DNA from: a virus | IMG/VR virus record: IMGVR_UViG_3300029267_002158 | Span: 9,812-73,811 of that record | Length of the DNA: 64,000 nucleotides | Strand: one strand, 5' to 3' | Part shown: positions 17,127 through 26,754 of the stretch, piece by piece | Position numbering within the stretch: position 1 is the first letter of the stretch | Layout: every line of letters starts with the position of its first letter | Made by a program: the position numbers and the translations under genes | Notes under the pieces: generated by a model | Told to the model about the DNA's origin: nothing | Database searches by the model: none | The model's input: the letters and a program-made list of their open reading frames with translations, nothing else

Positions 17127-18054
17127 ACGAAAGAAGCATGACAAAGACGGTTTGCACCTTGGTGGAGTCGAGGCGTTTTCAAGCTACCTGAAGGAGGTGA
17201 TTCCTGAAATGGAATTGTTCTCCTGGCTCGATTTCAATGATTGGCTCGCGACCCCGGACATACCAGACTTCGAGAGGGCCTCGATGCTAAACACTTACCT
17301 CTTGGAAGTTGGCGGGATTGACGAAGAAACAATTGTCATAGTCGATGGGTACTGGGGGCTCGGCCTAGAGGGGAAGGTAGCGCGATTAATATCCGTTTGT
17401 CACGGCAGCTTGTATGGCCGGTTTATTCAGTCCCAGATTTATCCTTGGGGCGGAGTGGTCGATATGGAAGAGGTTGAGGCTCAGCTATACATGTTTAAAA
17501 ACTCAGAGGTAGTAAGTGTATCGTCCGAGTCTCATTTAGAGTTGCTCAAAGCCGGCGTACCAGGGTCAACTGTTATTCGTCACGGCGTACCGCTAGACAA
17601 GTTCATGCCGTATCAAAAGAAGAGAGATGTGTGGATGCACGCTGCAACATCAGCGCGCAAGGGCGCGGATCTCTTGCATCATATTGCAGCCGAGGTCGGA
17701 GAGGGGTTCAGCATCGAAGCCATGAATGAGCGCAGTGGCATACCAAAGAAAAAGTCTATGAGACTGTCCCAAGCCAAGGCTCTTATTGCTCCTACAAGGC
17801 ACGAGGGAAATTCCTATTTGCTCCTCGAAGCACTTGCTAGCGGAACACCGTTGCTGACATATCAAACGGGTCTCGCTTGTGAGATGGATGAGAGATGTGG
17901 TATTATCACAGACGATTTATCTCCAGCGAACTTTGGGAGGCATATCAGGCATTGGGATGAATACACCTTTGCCCCACGAGAATGGGCAGAAGAGAATTTC
18001 TGTTTTGCAGATTTCGAGAGAGATTGGAGAGATTACCTTGACTATCCTGATTGA
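17104..18054 (+). CDS. GT-B (GT4-like) glycosyltransferase
   Basis: GGVE, IRHGVPLDKF, RKG, PTRHEGNSYLLLEALASGTP. Confidence 0.9.
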   Translation: MKIVHVSKRKKHDKDGLHLGGVEAFSSYLKEVIPEMELFSWLDFNDWLATPDIPDFERASMLNTYLLEVGGIDEETIVIVDGYWGLGLEGKVARLISVCHGSLYGRFIQSQIYPWGGVVDMEEVEAQLYMFKNSEVVSVSSESHLELLKAGVPGSTVIRHGVPLDKFMPYQKKRDVWMHAATSARKGADLLHHIAAEVGEGFSIEAMNERSGIPKKKSMRLSQAKALIAPTRHEGNSYLLLEALASGTPLLTYQTGLACEMDERCGIITDDLSPANFGRHIRHWDEYTFAPREWAEENFCFADFERDWRDYLDYPD

Positions 18055-21000
18055 GATACCAACAAAGGGCAGGGATTCAACACTGGGTCGTTGCCTTGCG
18101 GCCCTGTACAATCAGTCGTGTCAGGGCTTCGATGTGCTAATTCTGAATGATGGCTACCATCCCGTCGGTGATACAAAGACAACGGAGTTTATCATTTCAG
18201 AGATGGCGAGGCACCATGACATCTCTGTCCGGGATGGCTCACGCATCAGTCAAGCGCACAATCACAACATGCCGCTTTATGATCGTGAGCTTCTGGATTA
18301 CGAGTACATTCTTCGCCTCGACGACGACATTCTACTTGATCGTACAGCACTGGCAAGGATGGTTGCTTTTATGGACAAGCACCCCAATGTCGGCGCTGTC
18401 TCCGGTTTGTGGTTTGAGATGGAGTGGAAGGACAAAGAGTGGCATGACCGCGCAGAGATGAGCTTTAGCCCTGAAACTAAGCAAGAGACAAGCGGCGACG
18501 TCGGGGCTGTCAACTCTAATTGGCAGCAGAGGATGTACCATCCGTCCAACGAGCCACAGGCTGTAAACCACCTTTATGGGCCGTGCATGTATCGAGCCGG
18601 CGCAATGCGTCATGCGGGCGGCTGGCCGGAGGTATACAGCAAGGGGGTGGCTCACGGCGAGGAAACAGATGGTACCTTTCGTCTGTGTATAGACGGGTTC
18701 GATCTTTTTGTGCTACCTGACGTCACTGGGCAACATCTAAAGACCAGCGGTGGTATTAGGGCCGACAAGGACGTTGGAAAGAAGCAGTTTACCGACTGTA
18801 TAAAATGGAGAAACAGGCTTCCGCTGATAGAGGGTATAAATTTCAACCCCACTGTCGCAGTGTGGTGCCAGCATTCATTTGGAGTCGGCGGTGCCCAGAG
18901 ACAGTTTTATCAAACAGTTAGCTTGTTGCAATCCAAGTCTGGGCTCAGAGTAGATCCCGTCTTTACGTCCCAGTATATGCAGCCCGAAGAGTGCGAAGAA
19001 GTCTTCGGCGTCTCCTACGAGGAGCGCGATCCACTGGATGAATACGATGTGTGCATTGTCATGGGGCATGAGCCATTTGTGCCCGTGAAAGCGAAGCACT
19101 ACATTTTGTACGTCTTCTTTCCCGAACCAAAGGCGGTGTTGCAAAGTAATTTTGACAGCAGAATAAGAGCGATAGTGGGCAACAGCAAGTATACCGCTCA
19201 ATGGATAGAGAACAGGTGGCGTTACAAAGCAAGTCACATATATCCCGCAGTGGACATGATAGGCGTGGACGATGCAGAGAAAGATGACCTTATCCTCTGT
19301 GTCAGCCGAGGAGATCCGCACAAAGCGCCTATGTGGCTGATGGAGAGATTCAAGGAAATTGATCTCCCTGGCTGGGAATTTCATCTAGTTATGGCTACCA
19401 CTGGCGGCGTCTACACGTCATACGAGGAACAACTGCGGGAATTTGCAAGCAAGAACGACGATATTTTCATTCATGAGAATGTCAGCGATGACGACCTGGT
19501 TAAAATGTATCGCAGGTCAAAGATTCTCTGGTCCGCAAATGGCATTCACGGTTCTGAGAACCCGCAAAACGCAGAGCATTTTGGGTTGACACCAATTGAA
19601 TCGTGGTCTGCAAAGTGTCTGCCGATTGTGTTTGACTGGGGCGGGCACAAGGAAACGGTGGACAAGTGCTTCAGGTGGAGCGACGCAGATTCTCTAAAGA
19701 AGCTGACCGTCAAGGTTGCGCAAGAGGGGTACGGAGTGTTTGGTTGTGGCGAGCCAGTGGCTCTTTCTCTGTACAACGAGGGGGATTATGCCTGGGAATT
19801 TGAGCAACTTATCAGGAGGGTAAACGCCCTGGCTTTGAATGTCGAGAGAGTGGAAGTAACAGAGGTGAAAGCGCCAAAGATTCGTGTTGGAGCCTGGACG
19901 GATTCCCCAAGACTGACAACCGGCTTTGGGACTGTTGCGAGCCAGATTTACAACCTTCTGGGGAAGCAAAATGATATTGAGCTTTGCGTCTTCGGCATGA
20001 TGGATTCTATGCACGCTAGGCCAGATGAGGAGATGCCATTCCATTTTATGCCATCGCCATTGTCAGATCCGGAGGGCTGCGGAAACAAAACAATGCCCCA
20101 CTTTTTCAACTGGGCTAGGCCAGACGTAATGTTTTGGCTTTACGATCCGGGAGGTATGAACTCTCAAATATCCACTGCGAAAATCACCGGCTGGTCAGGG
20201 CCGAACGTCGCTTATTTTCCCATTGAGGGATTGCCCGCCCCAAGGCCTGTTGGTCAGCTTGTGTCAAATATTGAATATCCCGTGACCTATTGCAAGTCAG
20301 CAGCGGAGCACATCAAGCTGCTGACTGGCACAGATGTTGATTTTGCGTATCACGGTATAGATCATGCCCCGTTTGAACCGCTGAATGATAGAGACAGGAA
20401 TCAGATTAGAAATTTAGTTGGGTGGGGCGATAAGTTTGTGATCATTAACGTGGGCACAAACAAGAGGGTAAAGCAACAGCCCTATCTCATAGAAATGATG
20501 AGGCACATTCTTAAGATGGGGCATGACGACATCTATCTGTATATGCACACCAAGGCATTTGACAATCACGTCCTGCAAGGATGGGTTTTGGACTATATCA
20601 GGGACCTGTACTCTGCGATTGACGGCAGCGATTTAAAGAAGCATATTCTGTTTCCGAGAGATCATGCAAAGTGGGCAGGCCCGCCATACAAATTCCATGA
20701 AGATATACCGGTGTGGAAAATGACAAAGCCTCCCCTTCCAAGCATGAGGGGTGCAATATTCGAGGCACTGGACTTGATAACAAGGTACCAGATTGCCGAC
20801 CTGTACGTTGATACGTCATCCGTAGAGGGATGGGGATTGCCCACTCTTGAATCTGTGGCTTGCGGCACACCAGCAATAACCGTTGACGACGGGCATGTCA
20901 GGAGCGAGGTTCATTCAAAATATTGCTACACCGTAAGTCCAAAGCACTGGACAACATGGCATACTGGCGCAAGGTTGCAGCTTATTGATCCTGAAGAGAT

Positions 21001-21151
21001 GGCGCAGAAGGTTATCGACGTTCGCAAATTCTGTCGATTCGAGGCGGAATACAAGTCAAAGATGGTGCGTGACGATCTCCCTTGGGAGCCAACGTGTGAA
21101 AAGTTCCTGGGGCTTATAAGGACCGCCTATGGAAAACTCGAAAGGCAATAA
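18038..21151 (+). CDS. Tri-domain glycosyltransferase (GT2 + GT4 + GT4)
   Basis: IPTKGR, ILNDG, RLDDD, GEETD; GGAQRQ...EHFGLTPIE; TGFG...EGWGLPTLESVACGTP; TTG 18038 with RBS GGAGAG. Confidence 0.9.
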   Translation: MTILIEIPTKGRDSTLGRCLAALYNQSCQGFDVLILNDGYHPVGDTKTTEFIISEMARHHDISVRDGSRISQAHNHNMPLYDRELLDYEYILRLDDDILLDRTALARMVAFMDKHPNVGAVSGLWFEMEWKDKEWHDRAEMSFSPETKQETSGDVGAVNSNWQQRMYHPSNEPQAVNHLYGPCMYRAGAMRHAGGWPEVYSKGVAHGEETDGTFRLCIDGFDLFVLPDVTGQHLKTSGGIRADKDVGKKQFTDCIKWRNRLPLIEGINFNPTVAVWCQHSFGVGGAQRQFYQTVSLLQSKSGLRVDPVFTSQYMQPEECEEVFGVSYEERDPLDEYDVCIVMGHEPFVPVKAKHYILYVFFPEPKAVLQSNFDSRIRAIVGNSKYTAQWIENRWRYKASHIYPAVDMIGVDDAEKDDLILCVSRGDPHKAPMWLMERFKEIDLPGWEFHLVMATTGGVYTSYEEQLREFASKNDDIFIHENVSDDDLVKMYRRSKILWSANGIHGSENPQNAEHFGLTPIESWSAKCLPIVFDWGGHKETVDKCFRWSDADSLKKLTVKVAQEGYGVFGCGEPVALSLYNEGDYAWEFEQLIRRVNALALNVERVEVTEVKAPKIRVGAWTDSPRLTTGFGTVASQIYNLLGKQNDIELCVFGMMDSMHARPDEEMPFHFMPSPLSDPEGCGNKTMPHFFNWARPDVMFWLYDPGGMNSQISTAKITGWSGPNVAYFPIEGLPAPRPVGQLVSNIEYPVTYCKSAAEHIKLLTGTDVDFAYHGIDHAPFEPLNDRDRNQIRNLVGWGDKFVIINVGTNKRVKQQPYLIEMMRHILKMGHDDIYLYMHTKAFDNHVLQGWVLDYIRDLYSAIDGSDLKKHILFPRDHAKWAGPPYKFHEDIPVWKMTKPPLPSMRGAIFEALDLITRYQIADLYVDTSSVEGWGLPTLESVACGTPAITVDDGHVRSEVHSKYCYTVSPKHWTTWHTGARLQLIDPEEMAQKVIDVRKFCRFEAEYKSKMVRDDLPWEPTCEKFLGLIRTAYGKLERQ

Positions 21152-21338
21152 CTACGACTACACCATAGCAGTTGATTATCAAGGCGACTGGGTGCGCTGC
21201 AATTGTGGCAGGGCCTTGTTTTGGGTTAGCATAGCATACGGCGTAGTGAATATCAAATGCCCCTCTTGTGGCAAGGTTGTTCGCGTTGTTCTAGGAGTGA
21301 TGATAAAGGAACGACTTGACAATGTAGAGCAAACGTGA
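21129..21338 (+). CDS. Com-like zinc-finger regulator
   Basis: VRCNCGRALF...IKCPSCGK matches the Mu Com family pattern. Confidence 0.7.
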   Translation: MENSKGNNYDYTIAVDYQGDWVRCNCGRALFWVSIAYGVVNIKCPSCGKVVRVVLGVMIKERLDNVEQT

Positions 21339-21344
21339 TATAAT
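21316..21344 (+). promoter_or_regulatory. sigma70-type promoter of head/tail operon
   Basis: TTGACA-N17-TATAAT with extended TG. Confidence 0.85.
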
Positions 21345-21385
21345 AACAGATAATTACGTAATTGAGCCCATCAGACCGTTGAGTC

Positions 21386-21424
21386 AACAGGGCCGCGTGA
21401 AACTTGCGCGGCCCTGTTTTTTTT
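21386..21424 (+). terminator. Intrinsic terminator inside the head-operon leader
   Basis: AACAGGGCCGCG/CGCGGCCCTGTT stem ending in a T8 run. Confidence 0.85.
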
Positions 21425-21434
21425 GGAGGTTCTT

Positions 21435-22589
21435 ATGCCAGCAGCGTTAGATAGTTGCGTGGAATCACTTTTGACAAAATGGGACAAGGACCCGTCCAGC
21501 AGGCCAACTCCAAAGAAGGACGAGGAAGGGAAGCCACAGGACGCAAAGTCTCAGGCAACCGCCATTTGCCAGTCTTCGCAAAAGAAAGATGAGCCGAAGA
21601 AGGAAACCCCGCCGTCCACTTCAAAGAAAGAAGAGCTGGAGTGGAACAACCCCACTATCACCGGAATGGCTCTGACAAACAGGCCGCATATCAAGGGGCT
21701 AGATCCTATTTCCTGGATTCAGGAGGGTGGCAAGAAGCTGTTAAAGGTCCCGTTGCTCATTCTGGGGAAGTGGTCTCACCCAACAGGCGTGTTGAATTTC
21801 AGCAAAGAAACCATTGATAGAATGGTAGCCAACTTCAAGGACAGGCTCGTCGGTCACGACATATCAATTGACGCTAAGCATCTGCCAGAGATTGGGGCAG
21901 TCGGGTGGACGGAGAGGTTTGATTCCGAGGTCCGCGCCGACGGAAAAACGCAATTCTTTGCCGTAGCCGAAGCAACCGCCGCCGGAGCAAAGATTGTTGA
22001 CGAGAAGCGATACCGTTACGCCTCTCTGGAGTTCCACACGAATTGGGAACACCCTCTTCGGGCAGCTTTGTCAACAGATGAGTTAGCACCGTTTACAGAG
22101 GAGGCTATTATGCCTAACGAGAACGTCATCAGTCTTGAAGCTCAGTTGGATGAGGCTAACAAGTCTCAGCGCGATCTTCAAGAGGCTTTGAGGCTGGAGG
22201 AGGAAAAGCGCAGCAAGCTGGAGGAGCGGCTTGTCGTGCTGGAGAAGCAGAATTATCGCCAGAGCGTCGATAGCATCTTGCTTAAAGCTGAGGCGTATCG
22301 AGACGAGAAAAACAGGGGGCACAGCAAGACCATTCTTGACTGGGCTCGCGATGTTTTTCTTGAGGAGTCTATTGGCGAGGACGACACAGCAATAGAGCTG
22401 GAAGACAGGATGGATACTGGGCAAGTACGCTCCTATTATCGTCGCGCAATTGCACGCTTGCTGGAAATACTACCTGGCGCGGTTCCGATGAGCGCCGGGG
22501 TCAGCGACCCGGACAAAAAGCGTTTTCTCTCTGATGACATTGATGAGGAATCCATGGCCGACGCTGTGAAGCAGATGTGGGAAGCATAA
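21435..22589 (+). CDS. Mu gpI-like prohead protease plus scaffold
   Basis: ALTNRP, GKWSHP, IDAKH...AVGW, YRYASLEF; C-terminal coiled coil; RBS GGAGGT. Confidence 0.85.
   Translation: MPAALDSCVESLLTKWDKDPSSRPTPKKDEEGKPQDAKSQATAICQSSQKKDEPKKETPPSTSKKEELEWNNPTITGMALTNRPHIKGLDPISWIQEGGKKLLKVPLLILGKWSHPTGVLNFSKETIDRMVANFKDRLVGHDISIDAKHLPEIGAVGWTERFDSEVRADGKTQFFAVAEATAAGAKIVDEKRYRYASLEFHTNWEHPLRAALSTDELAPFTEEAIMPNENVISLEAQLDEANKSQRDLQEALRLEEEKRSKLEERLVVLEKQNYRQSVDSILLKAEAYRDEKNRGHSKTILDWARDVFLEESIGEDDTAIELEDRMDTGQVRSYYRRAIARLLEILPGAVPMSAGVSDPDKKRFLSDDIDEESMADAVKQMWEA
22110..22589 (+). CDS. Scaffolding protein from internal in-frame start (Mu gpZ analogue)
   Basis: GAGGAGG upstream of in-frame ATG at 22110, just before the coiled coil. 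Confidence 0.65.
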   Translation: MPNENVISLEAQLDEANKSQRDLQEALRLEEEKRSKLEERLVVLEKQNYRQSVDSILLKAEAYRDEKNRGHSKTILDWARDVFLEESIGEDDTAIELEDRMDTGQVRSYYRRAIARLLEILPGAVPMSAGVSDPDKKRFLSDDIDEESMADAVKQMWEA

Positions 22590-22599
22590 GGAGGACAAC

Positions 22600-22989
22600 A
22601 TGCCTTTCCGAACAGAGCGCACGCACCGTCAGGTGTACGATGTCCTCCGGGACAATCATTTTAGCGTCCACAAGTCACGGGTGTTCGATAGCTCGTACAT
22701 CGCCGCTGACACTTATCAGAATAAGTACTTGTACCCTGGCATGATCCTTGCCAAGGACAGCTCGACGAACAAGTACGTTCCATACAATGCCGCTGCCAGC
22801 TACGGAACCGGCTCCAATACGGCTGTAGGCGTCCTTGTTGATTTTTGGGATATGACCTACGGCGACAAAATCGTCGCGCCGGTTTGGCACGCTGCCGTCA
22901 GGGAGGATTACTGCTTCGTTTACGGTGGAGCGCTTGGCACTGTGCCCGCTGCGGTAAAAACGGCCCTTGACGATATTGAGTGGGTCTAA
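22600..22989 (+). CDS. Head decoration protein (lambda gpD-like)
   Basis: LYPGMILAK...KYVPY...AVGVL; between protease and capsid genes. Confidence 0.8.
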   Translation: MPFRTERTHRQVYDVLRDNHFSVHKSRVFDSSYIAADTYQNKYLYPGMILAKDSSTNKYVPYNAAASYGTGSNTAVGVLVDFWDMTYGDKIVAPVWHAAVREDYCFVYGGALGTVPAAVKTALDDIEWV

Positions 22990-23004
22990 GGAGGCAATTG
23001 AGAG

Positions 23005-24159
23005 ATGGCAACTTATCCTAATCCGCTTACAACCACGTTTATGGACAAAGCGATCAAAGAACGGCCCACCAAAGAGGCTATCAAGCAGAGTTACATCGGG
23101 CTTAGTATTCTACCAATGAAAGATGTCCCGGACTACGAATTGACCTGGGATATTATCAAGCACCAGAACCATCTTGCCGGCGTGTATTCTCACACCGGTG
23201 TTCCGATTCCTGGTGATGACCCAGACTTCAAGCAAGTAATGGCTGATGTGATCAATATCATGGCCGCGAGGGTTATGGACGATCAGTCAGTCATGGTGTT
23301 GAGGGACCCTGGTGAGCCGTCGCTCCGCAGCAACATCGTAAATTCAGCGAAGCAAAAGGCGATGAAGCAATTAGCCAATAAGATTGCCAGCGCTGACGAT
23401 GAGGTAGAGGCCGTTATCGAATACCTCATTATGCAGTCATTGCAGGGTAGCATTACCTGGCCGCCAAAGGACGACGACGGTAACGCGATTGCCAATACGC
23501 CGGCTTATTGGGGCGACGTGTCATTTACGCTCTCGCTTGGGTTTCGCTCTGCGTACACCCAGAATATCTCCACGCTGGCCGGATGGGATGGCAGATCTGG
23601 TGGAGGGTACAACTGGAAGCACGCCAACGCCGATCCGATGCTTGACCTTGAGGTTTTGGACGGGTTATTCACAAAGACCTCCGGCCTGAGTATGGACGGA
23701 GCAAAGATAATTATGTCCCGGTCGGTGTTGAGCTATATGGCGACCCGCCCGAACGTGATTAACTGGTTCAAGGGAACTGATTCCGGAATCAAGTATATTC
23801 CCGTTCACGAGCTAAAGGACTACATCAAGCTCAAAACCGGCTTCAACATCCAGACATACGATGCTAGGTGGACGTATGCTACTCCCACCAAGAGCGCTTC
23901 TGGTCAGACGGAGAACCTTGTACACTTTCTAAAGGAAGGAAAGATGCTGGTTATCCCGAAAGGCGCACTTGGTCGTGACATCGCGTACTTTGCCACTGCC
24001 CCAACGAGTGGCGCGGACGATAGTTACAAGCCTGGCAAGTACACTTGGGCCGAGAAGCTGAAAAAGCCCCCCTGGAAATGGGAGGTTGGTGTCGGGATCA
24101 AGGGTTTCCCGATTCTGAAGTCAGTTCGGGAAATTGGCGTCTTTGATGTTTTCAACTAG
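23005..24159 (+). CDS. Major capsid protein (gpE-like)
   Basis: Synteny; 384 aa; EYLIMQSLQGSI and W...ADPMLDL gpE-type motifs. Confidence 0.9.
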   Translation: MATYPNPLTTTFMDKAIKERPTKEAIKQSYIGLSILPMKDVPDYELTWDIIKHQNHLAGVYSHTGVPIPGDDPDFKQVMADVINIMAARVMDDQSVMVLRDPGEPSLRSNIVNSAKQKAMKQLANKIASADDEVEAVIEYLIMQSLQGSITWPPKDDDGNAIANTPAYWGDVSFTLSLGFRSAYTQNISTLAGWDGRSGGGYNWKHANADPMLDLEVLDGLFTKTSGLSMDGAKIIMSRSVLSYMATRPNVINWFKGTDSGIKYIPVHELKDYIKLKTGFNIQTYDARWTYATPTKSASGQTENLVHFLKEGKMLVIPKGALGRDIAYFATAPTSGADDSYKPGKYTWAEKLKKPPWKWEVGVGIKGFPILKSVREIGVFDVFN

Positions 24160-24759
24160 ATGACAGCGCCTACAAGGCCGTATTCGACACCGTCGCAGGT
24201 TTCATATCTGCTACAAAACAGGTTCTACGGGCAGTCTCCGTCCGCACTGACTGTCCCGTCAAGCACCGTTATAACGCAGTTGATCGTATGGGCCGACGGC
24301 GTGATTGAGATGGAATTTCACGCCGTTGGTTACAAGATGCCGTTCGCTGAGATCTCAGGCGAGACGTGGCCTACGCCGCAAACGACGCTACTCTCTTACA
24401 TGAGTGCAATCGGTGCTGCCGCGATGGCTGGCGGACACATCTTGAAGCCTGCACCCGCTATGTCTCCTGGAAACAAAGGTAGTCAGGGAAGTGTATATGG
24501 AAAGGCGTTCGAGGCGATGCAGGCGCACATAAAAGAGGACGGGTATCGTTTCAGGTCGCAGTACTACTCTGCCTCGAAGGCTGAGAAATGGATTGCGGAG
24601 TCGTATGGACCAAGGATGGACTTCCTGGAGGACTATTACGATCCGACCCGGTATATGCTACTCAAGGAGTATACCGAGGAGATGCAAGGTGTTTTCCAGG
24701 ACATAACAGAGTTTAACATCGACTGGGATTATTTGTACAGGCTCAGGAGTGCAAACTAG
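24160..24759 (+). CDS. Head-tail adaptor (probable)
   Basis: YSTPSQV...A...IE...GYKMP; directly after capsid gene. Confidence 0.6.
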   Translation: MTAPTRPYSTPSQVSYLLQNRFYGQSPSALTVPSSTVITQLIVWADGVIEMEFHAVGYKMPFAEISGETWPTPQTTLLSYMSAIGAAAMAGGHILKPAPAMSPGNKGSQGSVYGKAFEAMQAHIKEDGYRFRSQYYSASKAEKWIAESYGPRMDFLEDYYDPTRYMLLKEYTEEMQGVFQDITEFNIDWDYLYRLRSAN

Positions 24760-25372
24760 CGTGCCAGTAATAAGGAATCTGTTTGGAAAACTTAAACACG
24801 CAGCGCGAGATGCGGGCAAAGATCGCGGGCAACTGGCTGAAGGCGCAGCCAAGAAGGTGAACAAAATCTTCTTCGCAGCCGTTGTTGATAAGCAGCCGGT
24901 GGCCGAGGCTGACAGTTGGGATCAATCAACTACATCTAGCGAGCGTCAGGGGCACGTTGAAATAAGACGTGGGTGGGGAGAGGGGCCGATAGTCATTTAC
25001 AAGAGCATAGGTGACGTATCAATATCCCTGAGAAACGTTTCTGAACACACAAAGTACCTTGTGTGGAGTATTGGCGGAATAGTGAATCCCAAACTCGGCA
25101 CAAGGAAGCACGATATTCCTCCGAGCGGCACGGCAAAGACGGTTTACGGACACCCGCTTGCATTCTGGTGGAAAAAAGAGATACGGCCAGAAGTCAGGTG
25201 GAGTATGGTTGGTCATCCTGGCACGGAGGGCACGCTAGCGGATCGCCACGAAGGAATGGACTTTGTTCAGGCCGCTTGGTCAGATGTCAAGGATGAAGCA
25301 GAAGCAATTATTTACAACGAGATCGAGAAGGCTGCCTTTGGCTGGCTGCGCCGCTTCGGTGATTCGTTGTGA
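24749..25372 (+). CDS. HK97 gp10-like neck/tail completion protein
   Basis: GTRKHDI...LAFWW...V.HPGT...FVQAA. Confidence 0.65.
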   Translation: MQTSVPVIRNLFGKLKHAARDAGKDRGQLAEGAAKKVNKIFFAAVVDKQPVAEADSWDQSTTSSERQGHVEIRRGWGEGPIVIYKSIGDVSISLRNVSEHTKYLVWSIGGIVNPKLGTRKHDIPPSGTAKTVYGHPLAFWWKKEIRPEVRWSMVGHPGTEGTLADRHEGMDFVQAAWSDVKDEAEAIIYNEIEKAAFGWLRRFGDSL

Positions 25373-25923
25373 ATGAGCGCGCAGCCGTACAGGCGGTTTA
25401 CACAGTCCTGGATAGCGCCAGAGCGTCACTTGTCACGGGCATTACGCACAATGGTGTCGCCAGAACAATAAAGCATCTATCAACTACAAACCTTGCTGCC
25501 CCTGTTGAGTACTACGCGGTGAGTGTGGAATGCACAAGCTGCAAGGAGTTCTCGATGCAGGGTGCAAACTCGGTAGCCGGTGTTCCATGGGCTGTATATG
25601 AGATGGTCATTCAGCTTGGCGACGTGGCGAACATTCAGCCGTCAAGTGACACGAACCCGTACGAAACAGCGCACGCAGACTTCAGAAAGTTAAGAGACAG
25701 AGTGGTTAAGCTGATTAGGGAAACGGTGAAGTGGATGCCGGCCTCTTCGGCTAATCCAAGGTTCAGGCTGGCGGTTGGCAACGGCGAGTACGACCGGCCT
25801 GTCAGTGTGGAGAATCAGAATTTTACCTTTTCTGACATAGAGGACGTGGAGTACGCAATGCTTTTTAGTAGAATTTCTTTCAGTTTGCAAGATCATTGTT
25901 CTGATAGCTCGTTGCTTTATTAG
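25369..25923 (+). CDS. Probable tail terminator protein
   Basis: Synteny and size. Confidence 0.5.
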   Translation: MNERAAVQAVYTVLDSARASLVTGITHNGVARTIKHLSTTNLAAPVEYYAVSVECTSCKEFSMQGANSVAGVPWAVYEMVIQLGDVANIQPSSDTNPYETAHADFRKLRDRVVKLIRETVKWMPASSANPRFRLAVGNGEYDRPVSVENQNFTFSDIEDVEYAMLFSRISFSLQDHCSDSSLLY

Positions 25924-25932
25924 GAGTAAATT

Positions 25933-26640
25933 ATGCTGCCTAGCGCTGCGATAAAAGAGTACTCTATGATGTGGGGGCGGAGCCTGGCCGCAGAAGAGCA
26001 AGAGAAGTTTATCGCCCTTGGAGAAGCATTGAATAGCGGTGATTACAGCAATGCAGTCACGCTGTTCAACCCGGACCACGAATCTTCATCCGGGCGGTTT
26101 GCGACGAGCAAAGGAGGCAGTTCGTCTTCTAGCTCAAAGTCTTCAGATAATAGGTCTGAACAGGATAAAATTGACGACGAGTATTCCGCCAAACTGGATA
26201 AAGATCCTGATTTTCAGCGCAGCGTAAAGGCTGCAAAAAGGACCGCGCGCGCCGGCGCTGCAATCGGATTACTTTATGGAATTAGCGCGTGGAAGCCTTT
26301 GTCTGGCGAGAGCTTTGCAACTGGCGTGGTTAAAGCTGCTGGTAGCGCTGCCGTCGGCTACGGGGTAGGATGGGTATCAGGTGCGATTGTCTCAAACGCC
26401 AAGGCCGGCACGCTGGAAGAATATTGCTTTGCAGACGATGGGGCTAAAAAGTGGGCAACAAATCTCCGTAAGTTTTTGGAGATTATGGTAGAAAACGGCA
26501 AGAGCGATCCGGTAGAAATCGGTCCAACTAATGTCGATATGAAAAAGCTAGGCTTCTCAAAATCGGGGAAAAAGGGATGGTCCATTTCCCAGAAGCGCGC
26601 AGGCACGCTCGTCAAAATTCTCATAAAGGCCGGCTTTTAG
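25933..26640 (+). CDS. Putative internal virion/ejected membrane protein; paralog of portal extension module 2
   Basis: LFNPDHESSSGRFATSK motif, Gly/Ala hydrophobic hairpin, KSD...GFSKSG domain. Confidence 0.65.
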   Translation: MLPSAAIKEYSMMWGRSLAAEEQEKFIALGEALNSGDYSNAVTLFNPDHESSSGRFATSKGGSSSSSSKSSDNRSEQDKIDDEYSAKLDKDPDFQRSVKAAKRTARAGAAIGLLYGISAWKPLSGESFATGVVKAAGSAAVGYGVGWVSGAIVSNAKAGTLEEYCFADDGAKKWATNLRKFLEIMVENGKSDPVEIGPTNVDMKKLGFSKSGKKGWSISQKRAGTLVKILIKAGF

Positions 26641-26754
26641 CAAGGCTGGGCCGGGAAAGATAGTATTTTGTAGGAAATACAACACGGGATTAGATGGCTT
26701 CACGCCCATGACGTAAGCCTTTATCCCAGTCCATTTCTGGACAGGAGGTTTAGC

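Noticed and set aside
12479-21151. Host LPS/capsule locus or prophage boundary
   Set aside because: Genes are coupled to portal and head genes on both sides and no transport or polymerase genes are present; DNA hypermodification is less likely given the late-operon location but is not excluded
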